Shown here in pieces: positions 8,376 to 17,912 of a stretch of DNA of 60,273 bases (positions are counted from its first letter, which is position 1; every line of letters begins with the position of its first letter). Made by a program: the position numbers and the translations under genes. This DNA comes from an uncultured Clostridium sp. (GTDB taxonomy: Bacteria > Bacillota > Clostridia > Oscillospirales > CAG-272), in contig CAYRTP010000002.1 of NCBI GenBank assembly GCA_964427175.1, positions 12,084 through 72,356 on the forward strand, written 5' to 3'. The notes under the pieces were generated by a model that was not told the DNA's origin, made no database searches, and saw nothing but the letters and a program-made list of their open reading frames with translations.

Positions 8376-9518
8376 ATGAATCCAAATATATGTAACCAAT
8401 GCGGTGGCGACTACGAATACCGCAACGGCCGCTGGATCTGCCGTGCCTGCGGCTCCTACAAGCCGGAATCGATCTCGACCGAGGAGGAGATCCTGCTCTA
8501 TACGGCGTACCAAAAGCTCCGTTTGACCGACTTTGCCGAGGCAGAGGCGGAATTCGATGATTTGATCCGCCGCTACCCCGAGAACCCGAGCGGATATTGG
8601 GGCAGGCTCTTGGCCAAATACGGCATCCAATACGAGCGGGACTTCGATGGCCGCATGATCCCGACCTGCTACGCCGCCTCCATCGGGAGCGTGAAATCCG
8701 CCTCCGATTATAAGAAGGCTCTGCGGTACGCGGATGCCGAGAACCGCGCGTACTACGTGGGTCAGGCCGAGTACATGGAGCGCGTGCGGGTGCAATGGCA
8801 GGAGAAGGCCAAGCATGAGCCGCCCTACGATATATTTATCTGCTACAAGGACAGTGACCTGGCCAACGGGATCGAGCGCACCAAGGACAGCTACGCCGCC
8901 CAAGAGTTGTACACCCTGCTGACGGATATGGGCTTTCGGGTATTCTACAGCCGTGTGAGCCTGCGTGGCAAGGTAGGCGAGAAATACGAGCCTTACATTT
9001 TCCACGCCCTCTCTACGGCGCAGGTCATGATCGTGTACGGCTCAGATCCTGAGTACATCCAATCCACCTGGCTGAAAAACGAGTGGATGCGGTACACCAA
9101 GCAGATCCGCGAAGGGAAGAAGAAGCCCGAGTCTCTGTTAGTGGTCTGCGAGGGCTTTCCCTTTGAGGAACTGCCCGTTGCGCTGTCCTCCGGGCAGTGC
9201 TTTCGCGCGGAGGACAGGACTTTTTACATGGAGCTGAAAAAGACCGTCAACCACCTGTTCGGACGCAAGAAGAAGACCGTGGTCAGCGCGGCGAGAATGG
9301 GCCTGAGCAAATGCCTGGCGTTTCTGTTCGGCGGTCTGACCCTGCTGGGACTGGGACTGATGAAAAATCTGTTCGAAATTGCCGCTCTGTTGGACGGATT
9401 CATGAAGTACGCGGTTGCCGCCATCGGCGTATTGCTTGCGCTGGTTCCGCTTCTCGTTATGATCCTGAATATCCGCTTTTTGCGGAAGCATACCGTTTCG
9501 GAAAGGCGACGAAAATAA
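8376..9518 (+). CDS. Zn-ribbon + TIR domain protein with C-terminal two-helix membrane anchor (LRR-less paralog of 6481-8349)
   Basis: RBS aaggagg. Colinear without indels with the upstream gene over the first ~290 aa; same STWLKNEW (Glu codon 9081-9083). C-terminus LSKCLAFLFGGLTLLGLGL and AVAAIGVLLALVPLLVMIL. Confidence 0.8.
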   Translation: MNPNICNQCGGDYEYRNGRWICRACGSYKPESISTEEEILLYTAYQKLRLTDFAEAEAEFDDLIRRYPENPSGYWGRLLAKYGIQYERDFDGRMIPTCYAASIGSVKSASDYKKALRYADAENRAYYVGQAEYMERVRVQWQEKAKHEPPYDIFICYKDSDLANGIERTKDSYAAQELYTLLTDMGFRVFYSRVSLRGKVGEKYEPYIFHALSTAQVMIVYGSDPEYIQSTWLKNEWMRYTKQIREGKKKPESLLVVCEGFPFEELPVALSSGQCFRAEDRTFYMELKKTVNHLFGRKKKTVVSAARMGLSKCLAFLFGGLTLLGLGLMKNLFEIAALLDGFMKYAVAAIGVLLALVPLLVMILNIRFLRKHTVSERRRK

Positions 9519-9634
9519 AGCCGTCGCCTCCCCATTTGAAATGCCCGCAACCCGATTTCGCGGCGTACGTGGAAAACGCCAAAAGCAAAATAGACAATTG
9601 TAAAACTCTATAAAGACAAGTGGCGTGTTTTCTT

Positions 9635-9774
9635 GCCCTCCCCAGCGGGGAGGGGGGACCGCGATAGCGGTGGGTGAGGAGAGCAGGTTTACGAGTCGCA
9701 ACGAGTTATTCGAGGGCCCCCGTTCTCCTCATCCACCATCCTTCGGATGGTCCCCCTTCCCCGCTGGGGAAGGC
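9635..9774. repeat. Inverted pair of double-hairpin repeat units (MITE-like), related to the units flanking DUF559
   Basis: Left gccctccccagcggggaggggggaccgcgatagcggtgggtgaggagag. The reverse complement of the right arm is ccttccccagcggggaagggggaccatccgaaggatggtggatgaggagaac. Confidence 0.8.
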
Positions 9775-9881
9775 AAAAACGGAGAAAACTACCGTTGAAA
9801 TAACCCATCAAGTTCTTTGTGTTTTAATACATTTTTGCATTTTACAATCACCTACAAAAGCAAAAGAAAAGGAGAACCAAT

Positions 9882-10757
9882 ATGAAAAACTACCTGACTC
9901 AATTCTTCGGTGACCAGCAATACACCCCCGCTGACACCGCTTACCTCCTGACGGCCTATGACCGCATTATGGCGGATCCCGAGACCTGCGGGCTGTGGAA
10001 CGAAGCTCTGGCCCTTTACGGCGAGCGGGTGGACTGCGACTACGGCGACATCATCCGCAAGGCCGATCGCGCGGCCGAGATCCTGGGCTTCCACCAGTAC
10101 ACCGCCGAGCTGCTGGTGTTCATCTGCCTGTCCAAAAAGCTCCGCGAGCGATACGTTGAGCGGGGGCTGGACCTGGCCATCTTTGAGCGGAGCATGGCTG
10201 ACCTGCGCTACAAGGTGGAGGAGTGCAAGCTGGTCTACGGCATCGTGGGCTCCTTCGTGGCCGAGTGGTTCATCGGCTTCTTCAACCTCACCCGCTTCGG
10301 CCTGGGACGGTTGCAGTTCGAGATCATCCGCTTTGGGGCGGAGTACGACAAGGACGGCCACGTCCTGACCCCCGACAGCCCTGTGGTCAACATCCACATC
10401 CCCCGTTCGGGCGAGCCTCTGACCGAGGAGGCCTGTCGGGATGCTTTCACCCGCGCCAAGGCTATGTTTAGCCCCGAGGTGGGAGATCCCTGTCCCTTCG
10501 TTTGCAACTCCTGGCTCCTCAACCCCGAACACGAGGACTTCCTGCCCAAGCACACCAATACCTACCGCTTTTTCAAGAGCTTCGACATCATCGCCTCGGG
10601 CCAGGACAAGGGCCGCAACAACCTGTGGCGGCTGTTTGACACCATGGAGCGGAACCCCGACAGGCTCCCCGCCGACACCTCCATGCGCCGCGCCTACGTG
10701 GAGCATCTGAAAAAAGGCGGCCTGATGGGCTACGGCCGCGGCGTGCAGTTTTGGTGA
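9882..10757 (+). CDS. DUF5596 / GNAT-like C-terminal (acyltransferase) domain protein
   Basis: VVNIHIPRSGEPL...FVCNSWLLNP...F pattern recalled from this family; RBS aaaggaga. Confidence 0.55.
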   Translation: MKNYLTQFFGDQQYTPADTAYLLTAYDRIMADPETCGLWNEALALYGERVDCDYGDIIRKADRAAEILGFHQYTAELLVFICLSKKLRERYVERGLDLAIFERSMADLRYKVEECKLVYGIVGSFVAEWFIGFFNLTRFGLGRLQFEIIRFGAEYDKDGHVLTPDSPVVNIHIPRSGEPLTEEACRDAFTRAKAMFSPEVGDPCPFVCNSWLLNPEHEDFLPKHTNTYRFFKSFDIIASGQDKGRNNLWRLFDTMERNPDRLPADTSMRRAYVEHLKKGGLMGYGRGVQFW

Positions 10758-10864
10758 GCCTTGACCGTGGGGCCGTGGCGGTATTGCCGTAAAAGCCGAA
10801 TCGCTGACAAGTTAACGAATATAGGGCATGTATGACAGGAACGATTCATGAAGGGAGTAGTCCA

Positions 10865-11488
10865 ATGAGAGAATACCATCTATACGAAGTCAAAAGTCAA
10901 GCTACGGGTCTGAAAATTGAATATGCAATTGATAAAAAAAAACACTTGACTCCGCTATATGTCTTTGCATTTATCGTGTTTGGCTTGGTCATGGCTATCA
11001 TGGCTATCGAGCAATTTACAGTGAGAAATTTCAATAACGTCGCCGTTCTGTGCATGCTATGCGGATATTTTGTTATCATGGCAATCGTTTTCTTCGTTCA
11101 AGAAAAAAACCAAAAGCCCTATTCCCTGATGGTGGATGCAACGGGGTTCCATGAACAATCCGTCAGTTATAAAAGCAAGGATATTCTATGGAATGAGGTG
11201 TGCTATATAAATTTTTTCCCGGATATTGTCCTTGAAGGCGGAAAAACAGTTCAATCCTACGGTGCCGTTGTCATTTCCAAGGTGGCGGCAACGGACGAGG
11301 AAAGAAAAAAGTATATAAAGAAGCATTGGGGCTCGATTTCCAAGGCGAAATCAGAGGATTCCATTATTCTTTGCACGGGGACAACACAGGCGAGAAGAAT
11401 CTATGAATTGATCGCAGCCAAAGCCGCTCTGTTCGGTGATGCAACTGTGCTCAAAAGAACAATAGATACTTCAGACGCAATCTGTTAG
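10865..11488 (+). CDS. Hypothetical two-TM membrane protein (AT-richer gene)
   Basis: ATG 10865 after gaagggag; helices LYVFAFIVFGLVMAIMAI and VLCMLCGYFVIMAIVFFV; no recognised family. Confidence 0.5.
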   Translation: MREYHLYEVKSQATGLKIEYAIDKKKHLTPLYVFAFIVFGLVMAIMAIEQFTVRNFNNVAVLCMLCGYFVIMAIVFFVQEKNQKPYSLMVDATGFHEQSVSYKSKDILWNEVCYINFFPDIVLEGGKTVQSYGAVVISKVAATDEERKKYIKKHWGSISKAKSEDSIILCTGTTQARRIYELIAAKAALFGDATVLKRTIDTSDAIC

Positions 11489-11543
11489 CGAACAAATCAG
11501 GCATTGACCGCGCCCTGTGCACAATCGGATATAATCTCGAACC

Positions 11544-11581
11544 AATCGTCGGCGTTTTTGTACGGAACGCCGACGATTTTT
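11544..11581 (+). terminator. Rho-independent terminator
   Basis: aatcgtcggcgtt/aacgccgacgatt 13-bp stem followed by ttttt. Confidence 0.85.
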
Positions 11582-11591
11582 GAAAAACGTC

Positions 11592-11620
11592 TTGCAATTT
11601 CGACGGGTTTGTGTTATACT
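11592..11620 (+). promoter_or_regulatory. Promoter of MATE gene
   Basis: ttgcaa, 17 nt, tatact. Confidence 0.6.
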
Positions 11621-11654
11621 ATATCATGAAAAAATACGCTTACGAGGTGAAAAC

Positions 11655-13052
11655 GTGAATCAGACCAACTCCAAACGTTCCTTCGGCTTTGGCCGCGGCG
11701 ACATGACCCAGGGCACCCCTTGGAAGGTCATTCTGTCCTTTACTCTGCCCATGCTGATCGGCAACATCGCCCAGCAGCTCTACAACACGGTGGACTCCAT
11801 CGTGGTGGGTAAGTACATCGGTGACAACGCTCTGGCGGCGGTGGGCTCCTGCGGACCCATCGTGAATATGCTCCTGGTGCTGTTCATCGGTATTTCGGCG
11901 GGTGCCAGCATCATGGTGTCCCAGTATTTCGGCGCCAAGAATCGGGAGGCCCTGTCCCATACCATCGGCAACTGCATCACCGCCACCGCGATCTGCTCGG
12001 TGGTGCTGATCCTGGTCATGACCCCCCTCATCCGCCCCATTCTGGTCGCCCTCAACACCCCCGCCTCCATCCTGGATTGGTGCGTGGGCTACCTGTCCAT
12101 CTCCCTGTGGGGCATCGCGGGTATGGCCTACTACAACATCCTCAGCGGTATTCTGCGCGGATTGAGTGATTCCTTCTGGCCTCTGGTCTACCTGCTGGTG
12201 GCTACGGTCATCAACATCGTTCTGGACGTGTACTTCGTGGCCGTTCTGAACATGGGTGTCCCCGGCGTTGCTCTGGCGACCATCATCGCCCAAATCATTT
12301 CCGCCGCCCTTTGTATGATCAAGCTGGCCCGCATGAAGAACTACTTTGACTTCGGCTTGAAGTTCATGAAGCCCGTGGGGGCCTATATCCGCACCCTGGT
12401 CCGTCTCGGCCTGCCCTCGGGTCTGACCCAGGCCATCTTCTCCTCGGCTATGATCATCGTCCAGTCCCTGACCAATCAGTTCGGTGAGCAGTTCATCGCC
12501 GCCAACGTAGTCATCATGCGTGTGGACGGCTTTGCCATGATGCCCAACTTCTCCTTCGGTACCGCCCTGACCACCTACGCGGGTCAGAACGTGGGCGCGG
12601 GCCTCTACGACCGCGTCACCAAGGGTGCCAAGCAGGGCCTGGCCATGGCCGTGGGCTGTTCCGCCGCAATTACGGTCCTCATCCTGTTTTTCGGCAAGCG
12701 CCTCATGGGGTTGTTCACCGAAACCGCCTCGTTGGTAGACCTGAGTTACCGCCTCATGATGATCCTGGCCGTGGGCTACATCGCCATGGCGGTGACCCAA
12801 AGCCTGTCGGGTATCATGCGCGGCGCGGGCGATACCATGACCCCCATGTGGATCTCCCTCATCACCACGGTCATCATCCGTGTGCCCGTAGCCTACGGCA
12901 TCGCCTGGCTGACCTCCCCCACGGGCCACCCCGCCGACGGTATGAAGGAGTGCATCCAGATCTCCCTGCTCTGCTCCTGGTGCATCGGTGCCATTCTCAC
13001 GGCCATTTTCTATAAGGTCGGCAAGTGGAAGAACAAGCGGATCAAGCAGTAA
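11655..13052 (+). CDS. MATE family efflux transporter
   Basis: GTG 11655 after gaggtga (ATG 11703 is the alternative). LPMLIGNIAQQLYNTVDSIVVGKYIG and 12 TM-like segments. Confidence 0.85.
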   Translation: MNQTNSKRSFGFGRGDMTQGTPWKVILSFTLPMLIGNIAQQLYNTVDSIVVGKYIGDNALAAVGSCGPIVNMLLVLFIGISAGASIMVSQYFGAKNREALSHTIGNCITATAICSVVLILVMTPLIRPILVALNTPASILDWCVGYLSISLWGIAGMAYYNILSGILRGLSDSFWPLVYLLVATVINIVLDVYFVAVLNMGVPGVALATIIAQIISAALCMIKLARMKNYFDFGLKFMKPVGAYIRTLVRLGLPSGLTQAIFSSAMIIVQSLTNQFGEQFIAANVVIMRVDGFAMMPNFSFGTALTTYAGQNVGAGLYDRVTKGAKQGLAMAVGCSAAITVLILFFGKRLMGLFTETASLVDLSYRLMMILAVGYIAMAVTQSLSGIMRGAGDTMTPMWISLITTVIIRVPVAYGIAWLTSPTGHPADGMKECIQISLLCSWCIGAILTAIFYKVGKWKNKRIKQ

Positions 13053-13101
13053 GCAGGATCTGCTTTGTGCCCCCATTTCCCTCATGAAGGAGAGAACGAA
13101 T

Positions 13102-14541
13102 ATGAAAAAGACCTTATTTCGCAGCTTTCTTTTGTCCCTGTCGATGCTGTTGTGTCTGGGCACCTGTGCCGCTTGCACCGCGAAACCTGATTCGGATCCC
13201 GCAGGCGAACAACCTACCGAACGAGAAACGTCGGGGTCTACCGAGGCCGCAACCACCGAGATCGTGACCGCCGAAGCCCCCGAGGAAACAGCCGCGGAGA
13301 CCGCCGCGGACACCTCCGTTGCCTCGGACAAGCTGTGGGAACCCGATATGGGGACCTTCAACGAGGGGAAGGTGAACTACGCCAAGGACGAGAACGGCAA
13401 CGTGACCGCTACCCCCACCGAGGGCCATTCCCTGGGCCTGGATGTCACCGACAAGACCGATCTGGTCTCCATCTGCTACTCCATTTGGTTTGACTACATT
13501 TTGCGGAAGTCGGACACGGGGGTGGACAGCTACCACGATATCTCCAAGATCCTGGCAGGCGAGCAGGAGTGGGGCGGCTCTCCCTCCTTCCACTACTGGG
13601 CCAAGCCCGCGCTGGGCTACTATTGCAGCACCAACCGTGAGGTCATCCGTACCCACATGACCCAGCTCTATACCGCGGGGGTGGATTTCATTATTTTGGA
13701 CCATACCAACCTGGGGTATGGGTATGTGGAGGATCCCGTCAATAAGACCTTGATGCTGGACGGTCCCATGATCGCTCTGTTCGAGACCATCATGGAGATG
13801 CGGGCCGAGGGCCTGGGCACTCCTTACGTGGTGGTTTGGGTCGGCGGCGGCGGAGACGAGCGGCTCTATAACTACCTGTACGACAACTTCTACGGTCAGG
13901 AAAAGTGGGCGGATTGCTTCGTCTACTGGGACGGTAAGCCCTTTCTGCTGACCACCTTCCTCCATGACGAGACTAACCCCGCCCCTTCGCAGTTTACCAC
14001 ACGCTGTATGGGCGGTCTCTTGGATAAGGATCGCATGAAGAACGGGCAGTGGAACTTCCTGTCGCTCAACAATGCCCGGTATTGCACCGAAAACGCCGCA
14101 GGCGAGGCGGAGCAGATCCCCGTGTGCGTGGCCTCCCAGGAGACCTACATGTCGGCGGACACCGCCCACGGACGCATCGGCGGTCTGTTCTGGTACGCCC
14201 AGTGGACCTCCGCCTTCAAGCACCGTCCCAAGTTCGTCACCCTCACCTGGTGGAACGAGTGGACGGCCCAGCGTCTCTACATTCAAGGCGGTGCCTACGA
14301 TGGGCAATACCATTTCACCGACGCCTACAGCCCCGAATACAGCCGCGACATCGAGCCCATGGAGGGCGGTCACGGCGATCAGTATTATCGCTGGATGATC
14401 GAGTATATCTCGGCCTACAAGAACCACCTGGAATGCCCCATGCTGGTGGAGGAGGCGTATCTCAGCGCGGAGAACAGTCGGGCCGTGGAGCTGTTTCTGA
14501 AAAAATACAGCCGAGGCTTGAGTGAGCGCACGCCTTGGTGA
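13102..14541 (+). CDS. Lipoprotein with TIM-barrel glycoside-hydrolase-like domain (GH99/GH71-like guess)
   Basis: MKKTLFRSFLLSLSMLLCLGTCAAC lipobox; FIILDHTN and LTWWNEWTAQ resemble GH99/71-type motifs. Confidence 0.45.
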   Translation: MKKTLFRSFLLSLSMLLCLGTCAACTAKPDSDPAGEQPTERETSGSTEAATTEIVTAEAPEETAAETAADTSVASDKLWEPDMGTFNEGKVNYAKDENGNVTATPTEGHSLGLDVTDKTDLVSICYSIWFDYILRKSDTGVDSYHDISKILAGEQEWGGSPSFHYWAKPALGYYCSTNREVIRTHMTQLYTAGVDFIILDHTNLGYGYVEDPVNKTLMLDGPMIALFETIMEMRAEGLGTPYVVVWVGGGGDERLYNYLYDNFYGQEKWADCFVYWDGKPFLLTTFLHDETNPAPSQFTTRCMGGLLDKDRMKNGQWNFLSLNNARYCTENAAGEAEQIPVCVASQETYMSADTAHGRIGGLFWYAQWTSAFKHRPKFVTLTWWNEWTAQRLYIQGGAYDGQYHFTDAYSPEYSRDIEPMEGGHGDQYYRWMIEYISAYKNHLECPMLVEEAYLSAENSRAVELFLKKYSRGLSERTPW

Positions 14542-14549
14542 AAAATGGA

Positions 14550-14585
14550 CCCGCAGGGCTTTGAGTCCTGCGGGGCTTTTCTTTC
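14550..14585 (+). terminator. Rho-independent terminator
   Basis: cccgcagg/cctgcggg stem then gcttttctttc. Confidence 0.7.
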
Positions 14586-14613
14586 AATGAGAGCTCTTTT
14601 TTTAAAAATCCCC

Positions 14614-14642
14614 TTGCAAATTCAGACGGGATTTGCTATAAT
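14614..14642 (+). promoter_or_regulatory. Promoter of nagA
   Basis: ttgcaa, 17 nt, tataat. Confidence 0.65.
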
Positions 14643-14681
14643 AGAGTCGAAACCAATTCCCATCCGAAAGGAGAATTTCAT

Positions 14682-15848
14682 ATGAATAACTGTCTCATCC
14701 ACAACGCCCGTGTCTACAATACCGTGACCCGTAGCTTTTACCACGGCTCTGTGCTGGTCATGAAGGGCAAGATCGCTATTCTGCACCGCGGTGACGTGAC
14801 CGCTGCCCCCGAAGGGGTGGAGCTCTATGATGCCGAGGGACGTATGGTCATCCCCGGTATGGTGGATATCCATACCCACGGCCGCGCAGGCGGGGATTTC
14901 AATACCGCTGACGGAGCCGCCATGTCCAACATGGCCAAGTCCTACCTGGACAGCGGCGTGACCACCGTTCTGCCCACCCTGGCATCGGCTCCCCTGGAGT
15001 CCTTGGAGCGCTCCATCGACCTCATCAACGCTCTCCGTACCGAGGCCCTGGCCTCCGAGGGTCAGCAGGCCTACGTGGCAGGAACCCACCTGGAGGGCCG
15101 TTACCTCAACCCCAAGCGTCGGGGAGCCCACGCCGCCGATCTGCTGGTGGCCTTGGATCCCGCCGAGCTGGAAGCTCTGCTGACCCGTATTCAGGGCGCA
15201 CGCCACATCTCGGCGGCCCTGGAGCAGGAGGGCGGGGAGGAGTTCCTCCGCCGTGCTCTGTCCCTGGGAGCCACCGTCAGCCTGGGCCACACCGATGCCG
15301 ACTATGAGACGGCCACCCGCCTGATCAGGGCCGGAGTCAGCGGTATGACCCACCTGTTCAACGCCATGCCTCCCCTCCACCATCGGGACGGCGGTGCCGT
15401 GGCCGCAGGTCTCCTGTCGGATACCGCTTACTGCGAGCTGATCTGCGACGGCTTCCATATCGCTCCCCACATGGTCAAGATGGCGTATCGCCTGGCGGGC
15501 CGCCGCCTGACCCTCATCACCGACTCCATGGAGGCCACGGGCTGTCCCGACGGCGAGTACTCCATCGCGGGCAACCCCGTTACGGTCAAGGACGGTAAGG
15601 CCCGCACCCACGACGGTGCCATCGCGGGCAGTACCCTCTCTATGTGGGAGGCGGCGCAGAATCTCTGCTCCTTCGCGGGGGCGGACTTTGCCGATGCCGT
15701 CTACGCCGCCACCATGGCTCCCGCCTACGAGGCAGGCCTGGAGTCCGAGGTGGGCTCCATTGAGGTCAATAAGCGGGCAGACCTGCTGATCCTGGATGAC
15801 GAGCATACCATCGGCCGCATCCTGTGCGGCGGCTACTGGCACAACTGA
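14682..15848 (+). CDS. nagA: N-acetylglucosamine-6-phosphate deacetylase
   Basis: PGMVDIHTHG, HLEGRYLNP, LGHTDA, THLFNAM, ELICDGFH, LITDSM. Confidence 0.9.
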   Translation: MNNCLIHNARVYNTVTRSFYHGSVLVMKGKIAILHRGDVTAAPEGVELYDAEGRMVIPGMVDIHTHGRAGGDFNTADGAAMSNMAKSYLDSGVTTVLPTLASAPLESLERSIDLINALRTEALASEGQQAYVAGTHLEGRYLNPKRRGAHAADLLVALDPAELEALLTRIQGARHISAALEQEGGEEFLRRALSLGATVSLGHTDADYETATRLIRAGVSGMTHLFNAMPPLHHRDGGAVAAGLLSDTAYCELICDGFHIAPHMVKMAYRLAGRRLTLITDSMEATGCPDGEYSIAGNPVTVKDGKARTHDGAIAGSTLSMWEAAQNLCSFAGADFADAVYAATMAPAYEAGLESEVGSIEVNKRADLLILDDEHTIGRILCGGYWHN

Positions 15849-16732
15849 TGGAGACTATGACGGATATGCGTGACGTGAATCCTACGCCTCAAAGCTCCGA
15901 GCCCGCCCGAGGCCTCGGCATGACGGAGCTCCGTCATCGGGCCCGCCGTATCCTGGACGGAACGGGGAAGCGGAGCAATCGCCTGACCCTGGTCCTGGCT
16001 GTCACCATCCTGCTGACCGTGGCGGTGGGGAGCTACATGGCGGCCTCGGGGGCCTATATGCTCAGTCTCCTGCTGGGGGCAAGTGTCTTTGTGTCGGACC
16101 TGATCGCCTACGGCTTGATGGGGGTGCTGGGCTTGTTCGTGGTCCTGCCCCTGGGAGCCTCGGTGTTCCGCCTGGCTTGTCTGGCCGTCCTGGAGAGCCG
16201 AGCCTATACCTCCCCCATGGAATTCGAGGTAACCGATGACATTCCCGATCTGATCGAACTGCTCCACCCCTTTACCTCACGGAGCGCCTACGGCCGATGC
16301 ATGGCTGTGGGGCTGGGAGCCTGTGGCTGGGCCATGCTGTGGGGCGGAATCCCCGTCGGGGCCTACCGCTTGCTGGCCAATCAGTACGATCGCATGGCCA
16401 ATCAAGGGTTCTCCGCCGAGCTCTGTAATCTGCTGACCATCCTTACCCTGGTGGCCTGCCTGTGCTTTGGCTTGCTTATGCTGTTCCTCTCGGGTTATCG
16501 GGCCGGCTTTGGTTTCTTCGTGTTCGTCCACCCCAGCTTGTCCGTGCGGGAGGTCAACCGTTACTTCAAGGGCTTCCGACGGAACAGGGTTTGTCCCTTT
16601 TCCCTGCGCCTGGGCTTTGTGGGATGGATCCTGCTGTCCCTTTTGGCGGTGCTGGTCCCCTTTGTCCTGCATACGGTGCCCTGGGCACTCTGCAGTGCCG
16701 CCTTGTACGGCGCGACGTTAAGGAGGTCGTGA
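15848..16732 (+). CDS. Multi-pass integral membrane protein, unknown function
   Basis: ATG overlaps the nagA stop (tgATG); several hydrophobic helices. Start may be one of several nearby Met codons. Confidence 0.5.
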   Translation: METMTDMRDVNPTPQSSEPARGLGMTELRHRARRILDGTGKRSNRLTLVLAVTILLTVAVGSYMAASGAYMLSLLLGASVFVSDLIAYGLMGVLGLFVVLPLGASVFRLACLAVLESRAYTSPMEFEVTDDIPDLIELLHPFTSRSAYGRCMAVGLGACGWAMLWGGIPVGAYRLLANQYDRMANQGFSAELCNLLTILTLVACLCFGLLMLFLSGYRAGFGFFVFVHPSLSVREVNRYFKGFRRNRVCPFSLRLGFVGWILLSLLAVLVPFVLHTVPWALCSAALYGATLRRS

Positions 16733-16736
16733 AATC

Positions 16737-17786
16737 GTGAAAACAAGAAAAATTATGGTTCTCGTTTGTTTGCTTTCGCTTATCTCGGCAGTTTTTATGG
16801 CTTGTGACTCGGATGCTGAGGCGTATGTGCAAATGGAAGAAACCACCGATACGGAGACTCAGTCGGATGAGTCCTCACTTGAAGAAACAACCGCCGCACA
16901 AAATGATGAGGAGCTCACGGTGGAGGAAACAACCGAGGCCGAGACAGAGGAGTCCGAGGAATGGATTACAATAGCCGTAGAGTCTTTTTACAGACCGTCG
17001 ATTCAAGTATGGAAAAGTGGATTCGATATTCATTTGAACCAACGTGCCGATAAAACCTTTGAGCCGGAGCGGCCGTCCGTATCCATGGATATCAGCGATG
17101 AGAAGACCGTAACGGGCGTTTACGATCATCGGGTGGAATCCCCGCATTATCGGGATAGCTATTTGATTTATCGTGTCTCGGGTGAAAACGGTGATTCGGC
17201 GCGGTTTGATCTTGCGGAGGATACGGGCAGATTGGTCCGGTATATGGACTTTGAATTCGACCGGAAGGTTGAAGATGGCACTATCAATGGACCCATACTT
17301 CCCAAAGAGGAATGCATAGCCATTGCACAAAAATATATGTATGATTTTTTGGGCGCTTCGGGGAACTACGTTTTGGTAAACGAACAGTACACGAAGGATC
17401 CGGACAGTACGTATGGAACGTATACGTTTCATTTTCGTCGATATATGGATCAATTGCCAACAGATGAACATATGCTGCTTTCGATGGGCGAAATGGGCGT
17501 GATCAAGGGCTTTTCCTCCAAAATGCTCGGCGGTATGGACGACATCGATCTTCTTGATTATGACGAGGAAGAATTGATGAAAGCCATTGGGTATAAATTG
17601 GCAAGGATTTATGCCATGCGCCTGGCGCACACGGTTGGCCAGTATCTCATTGATGACGTTTGTCTGACCCGTCTTCAAGATGGAGAGCTCTATTTACAGT
17701 ATCGGCTCACGGTACGGTTCGTAAGCCAAGAGACCGTCTCCCCGGAGGAGGAGGTCAGCCTGCTCGTCTGCATCGGTTCATACTGA
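16737..17786 (+). CDS. Lipoprotein, unknown function (AT-richer gene)
   Basis: GTG 16737 ten nt after aggagg (ATG 16755 is the alternative); LLSLISAVFMAC lipobox; acidic T/E-rich linker. Confidence 0.55.
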   Translation: MKTRKIMVLVCLLSLISAVFMACDSDAEAYVQMEETTDTETQSDESSLEETTAAQNDEELTVEETTEAETEESEEWITIAVESFYRPSIQVWKSGFDIHLNQRADKTFEPERPSVSMDISDEKTVTGVYDHRVESPHYRDSYLIYRVSGENGDSARFDLAEDTGRLVRYMDFEFDRKVEDGTINGPILPKEECIAIAQKYMYDFLGASGNYVLVNEQYTKDPDSTYGTYTFHFRRYMDQLPTDEHMLLSMGEMGVIKGFSSKMLGGMDDIDLLDYDEEELMKAIGYKLARIYAMRLAHTVGQYLIDDVCLTRLQDGELYLQYRLTVRFVSQETVSPEEEVSLLVCIGSY

Positions 17787-17865
17787 TATGAATAAATCCT
17801 CGCGGGGGCATAATGCGTATGCCTTGAGGGGGTATACCGGCAGCGGAATACAATGCTCCTAACAG

Positions 17866-17912
17866 AAAACAGACCCATCCAACGGCCAAAGCCGAGGATG
17901 GGTCTGTTTTGC
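17866..17912 (+). terminator. Rho-independent terminator
   Basis: aaaacagacccatcc/ggatgggtctgtttt 15-bp stem with T-run. Confidence 0.85.

Noticed and set aside
6481-9518. Thoeris or another known TIR defence system
   Set aside because: There is no ThsA-like (SIR2/Macro/SLOG), STING, SAVED, Argonaute or cyclase partner nearby. Both TIR proteins are predicted membrane proteins and the context is glycan metabolism. The pair is kept as a novel architecture rather than assigned to a known system.
12988-13101. N-terminal extensions given by the track (12988, also 913, 252, 6442, 25141, 42032, 54353 and 59577)
   Set aside because: In each case an internal ATG or GTG preceded by a good SD starts a sensible N-terminus (signal peptide, lipobox or conserved motif). 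The extension overlaps the upstream gene or a repeat element.
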